NCBI RefSeq assembly: GCF_006345805.1
Contig: NC_043000.1
Coordinates: 91,946,001 to 92,010,000 of the forward strand
Source: Octopus sinensis
Lineage: Eukaryota
Direction of reading: 5' to 3'
DNA: 64,000 nt
Each line of letters opens with the position of its first letter. The first letter of the stretch is position 1. The notes below the pieces were generated by a model. The model was not told the origin of the DNA and ran no database searches. It was given only the letters and a program-made list of their open reading frames with translations. Both the position numbers and the translations under genes were made by a program. Below are positions 54,991 to 64,000 of this stretch, piece after piece.

Positions 54991-55355
54991 TTTAGGAAGT
55001 AGATATTCATTTTAGAAATATATTCTTTATTCTTATTGCTGAAGAGTTACTCCCTTATTTCCTTACTTATTGACATAAAATTTCATAACATTTTACCTCA
55101 TAACTCTTTTTCTACTAATTTTTGTTCAATGCGACTAGCGATTCTGAATTCCTCATGCATTTTTCTATCATTTAAACCTAAGAAAAGTATACTTTTAATT
55201 TAAAATTTAAAGAATTATGTTAATTGAAGATGAATATCTGCCTTACTTCCCTCATTGGGGTCGCAGATATTTTGATGCAACTTTTTTCCTACTGAACCAA
55301 ATCTCAAACTATTTATGCCAAAGTGTAGCTGAGGAGGTGTCCTCTTTAAAAATAT

Positions 55356-55828
55356 TAACAGTTTGCAATTTAATACATAGCCCAAACAAAATTAGTTTAC
55401 GTAAAAGAATGGCCCTGCACAGATCCCAGATAAAATTCCCCAAAACAGAAAAATAGCATTCAGCCAACACATAGATATTTGCGCCAACAACAAAACTCCA
55501 AGCTTCAGGATTTTACCCCCTCTACCAATTCAGAGACGATACAACCTCGAGCCAACGAATAAGTAAAGAAACTCTCTTTATTACAAAATACAGGCCCCTT
55601 CTGAACGCATCTACGACAAACGATATATCCACCTTAGCTTTAGAATAACACAAATACACACGCAAATATTACATTCCTAAGAATCCATTAAAAATCAGCC
55701 CCAATCACAGCTGCCCACAACGTGCCAACTTTAAGTCATCCAACATCCCACTACTTCCACGCATTCATATTCTCCCTTCTTCTTCTTCTTCTTCTTCTTC
55801 TTCTTTCTTCTTCTTCTTCTTCTTCTTC

Positions 55829-55879
<51 letters not shown>

Positions 55880-56340
55880 TTTTTCTTCTTCTTCTTCTTC
55901 TTCATCTTCTTCTTCTTCTTCTTCTTCTTCATCTTCTTCTTCTTCTCCCCCCTCTTCTTCCTAACTTTATCACTAATGGTTTTTAGTATAACACCTACGC
56001 AAATTCTATAAACAAACCTTTCAATAGAAATATTTTCATGAATTGAACAGCAAGAACTGCTAGCAACCACTGACCAACGACAATCAAGGCAATCCCAAAT
56101 TCTTCGTCCCCTTCTCCCCCTCCTCCTCCTTCTTCTTCTTCCCTACCAAGAATTCACATGGACCTTGAACCCACAAGAGTAAACAAGAGAGACAGAGAAA
56201 AGCAGAAACAAGGAAAATATCACTTATATTTGAACACTATACAAATATTCTTTTAAAAAACTTTTCTTTTAATTTTTCTAAATTTAATTATTTAATAGTT
56301 ACAGTTGAAAAGGTCTCAAATGACCGAAACCGGTACTGAA
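55356..56340 (+). mobile_element. PLE 3' remnant (GIY-YIG C-terminus, microsatellite-filled UTR, decayed HHR)
   Basis: YIAQTK.SLRKRMALHRSQIKFP…PLYQ…QRISKETLFITKYRPLLN (55356-55610) matches the 26.3-26.6-kb C-terminus. HHR 56302-56338: cag-TTGAAAA-ggtc/gacc-GAAA-CCGG-TA-ctg. Confidence 0.8.
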
Positions 56341-56457
56341 ATGTTCTTTAGAAAATTATTTTAGCATTTTCTATCTTGACTTCTTTTTTCATATATATGT
56401 ATATATATATATACGCACACAGACATACATTTATATATATATACATGTGTGTGTGTG

Positions 56458-56507
<50 letters not shown>

Positions 56508-56743
56508 TATTAGTGACAGATCACATTGCAGAAAATGTCGTGCATTTTATCCACAGCCTTCTGCAAGGTGCTTTACTCTTGTACTAATGGGATTTTCAGA
56601 CATGAAATCTGAAATCTAAATTCTAGACTATGAAACCCATCTAACATGATAATCCACATAATCTACTTTTGTTTTTTTTTTTTCTTGTATTTATCTTTTT
56701 CCTGTTGTTATATTACTTTTTCTTATTTTCATGATTGCATTTA

Positions 56744-56783
<40 letters not shown>

Positions 56784-56799
56784 CATTATTATTATTATT

Positions 56800-56857
<58 letters not shown>

Positions 56858-57365
56858 CCATTCCGTTATTTTTTTCCTTTCATAAATTCGTTGAAATAAA
56901 TCCTCTATTGCAGTCATATTGTCTTTTGTATGTGATGTTCAGAGTCTTGAAGAGCAGTTAAAGTCTTTGACAGAACATATCGGTAATTTCAAGTGGCAGC
57001 TTCTATCATTTCTCTGACAAGAACAGTATGTAATCCAATATGCATTTTTTCCGAAATATTTAACATTCTATGTAAGTTACCTGCTATTTATAGCCGGTTG
57101 TATAGTTCGTTGTGTGAAAAAGACACTGCCAAATATAGATGTATTGGGAACGTGTATGAGCGAAGAGGGCAGAGAGAAATGAAATGTTTACAAGGTGAAG
57201 AAAATGGATTGTGACAACTAGGTGACCAATGTAACGAAACACCTATCAGTTTAAAGTTAAGGTGGGTGTGGATTAACATAATGCTGCGTTTTTTTCCTTT
57301 CCGTCACCTTCTTGATCTTGGAAACAACAAAAACAACATCAGGGGTGATAATAATGATGATGATG

Positions 57366-57425
<60 letters not shown>

Positions 57426-58112
57426 GCAATAATAATAATGATGATAATGATGATGATGATGATTCTTGTTCTAGACATAAAGCCAAGAGTTTGAGAGGAA
57501 AAGGGTTAAGTTGATTTTATCGATCCCGGTACTTGACTGACTCTTTATTTTATTGAACAAGATGAAAGGTAAAGTTGATCTCAGCAGGATTTGATTTCTC
57601 TACTTAAAGTGTCGGAAGAAATACCACAAAGTATTTCCCTGATATTCTAAGGATTCTGCCATTTCACTGCCCCAATTGTCTCTGATTTAGCTACATGACC
57701 AACAAGTTCGAGAGAAGGCGTTTAGTTCATAGCAACAGTCCCAGTACTTAATTGGTACTTTATTTTTTTGACTCAGAACTGATGAAAGGCAAATTTGATC
57801 CCCACCCCACCTAGCAAAATTTGAACTCAGAACGTAAAGAACAGAATAAGGATTTATAGATACAAAAGGAGCGTGGGGGTTTAATGAAGACACTAAAATT
57901 ATCAAAGATATCAAAATAATTACACAAATTAATTACATTAATATATGCAATCCACGTATAATCTAGAAATTATAGTTTTAACATACACAGGTGGGAATCT
58001 GCAGCATAGTTCAGAGTACCTCCAACCTCTGCTCAAACGACACTCCTTGTAAAGAAGTATACATAAAGGCATTTGAAAGAATCCAGTATCTTCCAGGAAT
58101 ACCTGTCATATA

Positions 58113-58344
58113 TAAGACAGGCATTCCTGAAAGCTTTGGATAAAGAAAATACGGAAGGATCAGTTAAGTAACCGATCCTCCTGTTAATTATAACTTTATT
58201 CAACATATTCCCCTCTCAGATTCACACACTTATAACAGCACTCCTTCGGATTTTCTAAGCCTTGTAAAAGAACTTGGGTGGTTGGACCTCCAGCCAGGCC
58301 TTTCCCGATACCCTTAAAGTCAGGAACCTTTCAGCACTCCCTCG
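58113..58344 (-). mobile_element. Second copy of the mariner MITE family
   Basis: Reverse complement of the 39594 element; TIR aggaacctttcagcactccctcg; left end degenerate. Confidence 0.7.
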
Positions 58345-58577
58345 TCACGTGGCTATTTGTCCACATATTCAAGTACATAGTGTTGTTTGAATTCTCTTAA
58401 AATCCACATTTCTTCATTCGTAGCCAAGCACTTCATCCTCAAATCCCACATCAGATGGCTCACATTTGGTTTCAGATACATTTTGCTTGTTAAAAGAAGC
58501 ATGGACATCATTTTAGCCCAGTTTATTTGACATGCTTTTTGTTTAGGATCAGTGTATTTTTAATATTTTCTTTACTT

Positions 58578-58778
58578 AAGGCGATGAGCTGGCAGAAACG
58601 TTAGCACGCCGGGCGAAATGCTTAGCAGTATTTCGTCTGTCTTTACGTACTGAGTTCAAATTCTGCCAAGGTCGACTTAACTTTCGGGGTCGATAAATTA
58701 AGTACTAGTTGCGTACCGGGTTGATTTAATCAACTGGCCCCGTCCCCAAGAGTTTCAGGCCTTGTGCTTAGAGTAGAA
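58578..58778 (+). mobile_element. SINE family A copy
   Basis: Head plus alternative tail. Confidence 0.85.
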
Positions 58779-59214
58779 AATAATATTTTTAAAATTAATT
58801 TTCATAGTTTGCTATCCCTGTTCTTCGTCTATTTTTTCCACCATCTCAAGATATTGTGGAACATCTGGCAGGAGTGACTTAGGTATTCTGGCTATTGTTG
58901 ACAAGTGTCTTTTACTATAGCCTTGAGCTGACCAATACCTTGTGAGTGAATTTTCTAGATGGAAACTGTGTGGAAGCCCATCTTATATGTATATTTTTCT
59001 ACTCATGGATGTATGTAAATATGCATGCATGTGTGTCTCTATTTGTGTTTCGCCTCTCCCCACTGCTTCACAAATGGTATCGGTCAGTTTACTTCCGCAT
59101 ATAAAACAAATAAGTAATGGAATCGACTTGTTTGACTAAACCCTTCAAGACAGTTACCCAGCATGGCCACAGTTTAACAACTGACACAAGTAAACGACAA
59201 AAGAAAAGAACATA

Positions 59215-59620
59215 AACAAGTAGGAGTGACTGTGTGATAAGTAGCTTGCTTACGAACCACATGGTTCCGGGTTCAGTCCCACTACGTGACACCTTGGGAA
59301 AGTGTCTTCTACTATAGCCCCGGGCCGACCAAAGCATTGTGAGTGGATTTGGTAGACGGAAACTGAAAGAAGCCCGTCGTATATATGTATGTATATGTAT
59401 GTGTGTGTGTACGTTTGTGTCTGTATTTGTCCCCTAACATCACTTGACAACCGATGCTGGTGTGTTTACGTTTCCGTAACTTAGCGGTTCAATAAAAGAG
59501 ACCGACAGAATAAGTACAAGGCATACAAAGAATAAGTCCTGGATTCGATTTGCTCGACTAAAAGCGGTACTCCGGCATGGCCATAGTCAAATGACTGAAA
59601 CAAGTAAAAGAGTAAAGAGT
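59215..59620 (+). mobile_element. SINE family B, full length
   Basis: Matches the B consensus. Confidence 0.9.
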
Positions 59621-60359
59621 AAGTTTAAAGAATAGTGGCATAGCATGGGTTTTGAATGTCTTGTGCTGCAATCAAATTGGTTCACCGTTTCCTTAAATAT
59701 GACTTACCTTCAACGGCATCAAAGACTTCGTATATGAAATGACAATCCTGTACAATCTGCATCTTCCATACATCCGACACTACACCACTGGTGAGAAAAT
59801 ACCTCAAGGTTCCTTGCTTGCCTCCAATGATTCTTCCAATTCTGCTATTGACTGACTGAATCAATACTGATGTGTTACTGTAACTAATTTTATCAAATCT
59901 GGAATAATGAAATGTAGATATACTGTTTCTCAATTATTTCAGAATATCAGATGACACTGGCATTAAAGAATTATATATATATATATATATATTTTATTTC
60001 AGATACATCATCAATATTAATCATTTTTAAAGACTAAATGAAGATGTTATACAGAACAGATATAACCCTGTTTATGTAAATCTATGGTTGAATTACTGTG
60101 AAATATTTTCTCTGAATCACGATTCTTGTTAGCATTTCTCTTCTCTCTCTCTCTCACTCTATTTTTCTCTCTCTCCCTCCCCCCTCTCACTCACTCTCTA
60201 TATCACTGTCTGGAATATATAGAAGATAATTTGCATTCTAATTAAACTTGTGTAAATTTACAAAGGAGTTTGCAGCATCTTCGGTTATCGACAAAGATCA
60301 CAATGGATGGAAATATAGCAGTGTAAATATTTGTTAGGAATAACATATAATAGTAAAAA

Positions 60360-62229
60360 TAAAATTATTTGAGAACTGGGTTAAAACGATTGATTCCTTG
60401 ATGAGATGCTGAAAGAGATAGGACTATCATCATATCATTGTGATATCTGCTAAAAGTCATTCTCTCAAAAGGGTAACTTAAATGCTCGCAAATTTATTCA
60501 TACAGAAGAAAAACCATATCACTATCATATCTGCGGTATATCATTCTCTAGAAGCAGTGATTTAACTAAACATAAACATTCAGTCATATCATTGTGATGT
60601 CTATGATAAATTATCCTCTCAAACCGGTTACTTTACTTAGCATTCATACAAAGGAGATACCATGTCACTGTGATATCTGTGGTAAATCATTTTGTGGAAG
60701 TAATGACTTGACGAAAATAAACACATTCATACAAGAGAGATGCTATATCACAGTGATATCGTTGATGAATAATTTTTTCTGGTAGTTGTGCCTTAACTAA
60801 ACATTTATACAAGAGAAAAGACAAATCATTCTGATAACTGTTGTAAATTAGCCTCACATAATTGTGACTTAGTATATCAATGCAATCATACAAGATAGGT
60901 ACTATATCATTGTGATATTTATGGTAAATTATTATTATTATTTTTTTTTTTTTTTTGAAGAAGTTACTTTACAGAGCATTTATACACGAGAAAAGACATA
61001 TCACTGTGATACCTGTGATAAATCATTCTCTGAAATTTGTAGCTTTGTTAAAATAAACTTATTCATACAAGAGAGATACCATACTATGATATCAATGGTA
61101 AATCATTCTCTGGTAGTTCAAACTTAACTAAAATAAATGTATTCATGCAAAAGAGAAGCCAAATCACTGTACGATCGGCGGAAACGATCGGCATTCCCTA
61201 ACCAAATTACTTAACCAAATACCCAAACGTATTCATTGAGCGATAAAAATCATATCCTTATGATATCTGTGGTGAACCATTCTTTGAATCAAGTGACATA
61301 ACTCTGCACAAACGTATTCATGCTAGAAATTTTATATTACAGGGATAAATTAGTGAGATATTTTAGAATGATACCATTCTCTCGGACATGTAGCTTAATG
61401 CTTCCCAAATCTATTATATAAAATCCGTTCTGTCTGTCTGTGTTTGTATCTTCTAGGATCTCGGGCATCCTCCATCCGATTGCGCTCAAATTTTATATGT
61501 AGATACCGACAGTACCAGGGCGTGTATAAGTCTTGAAAAAATTACAAAAATCGATTCCAGGTGAGAATGCAATCGATAAAGCCGTGGGAACGTGCATTTT
61601 TACGCGCAAGTACATCAGCTATTGCAATCGATACTACGCGTACGCGAGAAAAATGCACGTGCAGTTTGCGCAAAAAAGCCGGCCTGTTTGGTGTCTCAAA
61701 TTTAGGTTAAATCACTGTTTCTCAAAGGGGAGGCATATGGGACGGTCGGACAAGTTCTAAGAAAATTTGGTTTAAATGTTTGACAACACAGCACCGTCCA
61801 TTGGACGTGGGGCATTTTGCTCGTACATTCATACAAGAGATAAAACACATCGCTGATATCTGTGGCAAATCATTCTCTAAAACAAGTGATTTAACTCTGC
61901 AAAAATGTATTGATAAAGGCGAAATTCCTCGTCAGTGATATCGGTAGTAAATCCCACGTGTTTTCATAAGTTGTGACCTAATGACATTTGTATATATTCG
62001 TACAGTAGAGGGGAAAAAATGTAACAGGTAACTGTGATAATTTGTTCTTGTAAAAATATCGCTTAACTACCAATTTACGTATTCTTGCAGTGTAAAAGCC
62101 TTACAGATAATCTTTATGGTAAATCGTTCTCTCAAAAATATCAACTGCATATGTACCTATTTTCATAGAGAAGGGCTTTATAAGGGAACTCTATGGCAAG
62201 TCATTCTCTCAAAAAAGCTATTTTACTGC
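60360..62229 (+). pseudogene. Decayed tandem C2H2 zinc-finger array
   Basis: Repeated YHCDICGKSFS…LT.HK.IHT.EKPY units at about 84-nt spacing with many stops and frameshifts; interrupted at 61410-61823 and 62230. Confidence 0.85.
61410..61823 (+). mobile_element. Non-autonomous Helitron-type element inserted in a zinc finger
   Basis: A|TCTATTATATAAAA plus (tgtc)n; cgtcc-att-ggacg hairpin; CTCG|T end. Removal restores CCC AAA|TAC ATT CAT ACA (PKYIHT). Confidence 0.8.
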
Positions 62230-64000
62230 CAGTGGCGGATCTACTATAAAACTAATGAAGCTTAAGCTTCCCTGAAGTTACTTAGTTTTTTTTTTTTTAC
62301 TTTGCCATGCAGATTGCTGTTACCAGCCTTAGTGGATAACGTCATCTCGTACTCCTGCGCATAGAATAGGCACGCAGTGTCTAGCCACGTGTTGTTCCAC
62401 CCGCTGTTTCTGCCGGTGTGGAGTAGTATAAAAAATAAAGGTACAAATAGCTCGCAGATAATTCGCTTTTCTTGAATATTTTGGAAACTTTAGCCCTGCC
62501 CCTCTTACAATCTGTTCAGGAACAAAGCATTTTTTCTACTACAAAAATTGTTTGAATATCACCTTGTACAAAATAAACAATTCTTCATTTATCACTATAT
62601 ATTAAGTTGTGGATCCTTATCTTGATCGATCTCTGTCTTGCTGTAGCTAATGAAAATATTAACCCTTTTTTTTTCACAGAGGTCTAGGCCTCAAGAGGAA
62701 TAGCAATGTCTTCAAGAAAGTACTTAAGCGGAAACGCCAATTCAAGGAAAAGCAATCTAATGAAATTTCTAAATGTCAAAAACTATCAAAATATTTTACA
62801 ATGTCAAGTAAAAGTTTCTCATCACCTGCAACTGAAACAAGTCGTGCAAGTACCAGTGAAGTCAATGATAGTGCAAAAACCATGAGGACTCTGTTTAGTA
62901 ATAATCAACCTACTGTTGACACTTTTGGTGCAGATAATGACCATAGTGGTCAAGAATTTCAAGAAAAGAGAACAGAAAGAGGAAGCAAATTTAGTGGTTT
63001 TAAAGAATACAGTGACCAGGAAAACTGGCCCGTAATAATTAATAATGATTTCATACAAAACCGTTTAATGCAAAACATCAGATTTCAAAATATAAAAAAA
63101 ACAGTTAATGTATATACTGAATCGAACAAGATTTACAAACAGCAAAATCGAAGTTTCTCGAACAAGTACTTTGAAAAGAGATTGTAAAATGGTCAGACTG
63201 TGATGAGATCCTGGTTAGATTACTCAAAGAGCAAAGGCTGTAATAATATTTTGTTTGCAAACTCTTTTCTAAATGCCAAATATCACTTACAACGGATGGG
63301 TTTTCTGATCGGATGAATATATTCAGAACTCTAGAAAATCATGAAGACAGCATGGAAAATAACAAGGCAATGTTGAGCTGGCTAACACGAAAGTCAAATA
63401 AAAACACTGCGGATCAGCAACTTGAGGAACAGTTGAGAAAAACATGCAGCACTACTTTGAAGTACTAAAAAGAGTTGTAGCAATTATAAAGTATTAAGTG
63501 GAAGGGGTTTAGCATTTAGAGGTCATGTGGAAAAGGGGAGCTCCCTAAACAATGGAAATTTCATGGAGGCCATTGAGCTTATTGTGGAGTTTAACCCATT
63601 TTTACATGAACATTTAGTGAAATGTAAAAATGAAAAAGTAAATATTACCTATCCAAATCTGTGTATGAAGAATTGATAGAAATCATGGGAAAACATGTGA
63701 AAAATGAAGTGGTGAATCAGATCAACAACCTAGACATCAAATACTACTCAATTATAGTTAACTCCACACCTGACGTGACACATGCTGACCAACTGATAAT
63801 TGTGGTTCGATACTGTTATAAGGGAAAGCCCCATGAGAGATTTTTAGCATTTTTGCCAATAAAAAATCATTCATCCATGTCCTTGTTAAACAAAATAACA
63901 CGATTCCTGAGGGAGCATAAGCTTTCACTTGAAAATATCCATGGTCAGTCGTACAATAATGCTTCCAGCATGAAGGGCTCGGAGAAAGGGTTGCATTCTT
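62230..64000 (+). mobile_element. hAT transposon (DUF4371/ZMYM1-like transposase), decayed; continues past the window
   Basis: CAGTGGCGGATC end; ATG 62706 (MSSRKYLSG); RSWLDYSKSK, FRGHVEK…NNGNFM, YSIIVNSTPDVTHADQL motifs; frameshifts. Confidence 0.85.

Noticed and set aside
59800-59850. RIIGG as a trypsin activation site
   Set aside because: Downstream residues lack the serine-protease PW/V-S-L pattern.

Overview
AT-rich, microsatellite-dense animal genomic DNA. The SINE families and the YHCDICGKSFS-type C2H2 fingers suggest an octopod cephalopod (inference). No intact host gene is evident, and most ORFs in the supplied track are microsatellite artefacts. The window holds: dozens of tRNA-like SINE copies from several families; at least seven Penelope-like element (PLE) remnants from two GIY-YIG types, including a 5'-truncated RT+GIY-YIG copy at about 24.9-27.0 kb; four non-autonomous Helitron-type elements; a young, internally deleted maT/DD37D-like Tc1/mariner; a decayed mariner and two mariner MITEs; R4/Dong-like, RTE and CR1-like LINE fragments; two hAT remnants; and a decayed C2H2 zinc-finger array interrupted by a Helitron and a hAT. 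The main unexplained signal is about a dozen minimal type-I hammerhead ribozyme (HHR) motifs, found by eye on both strands. Their stem III is usually a self-complementary palindrome that differs between families (ACGT, ATAT, ACCGGT, ACAATTGT, ACACGTGT, ACGGCCGT, ACTCGGAGT and others). Several have an enlarged stem II or a variant core (CCGANGA, CUGAUGC). Several sit in fold-back elements whose 5' end is an inverted copy of their own 3' end (15-285 bp arms). All HHR calls are manual structure assignments and none has been tested.
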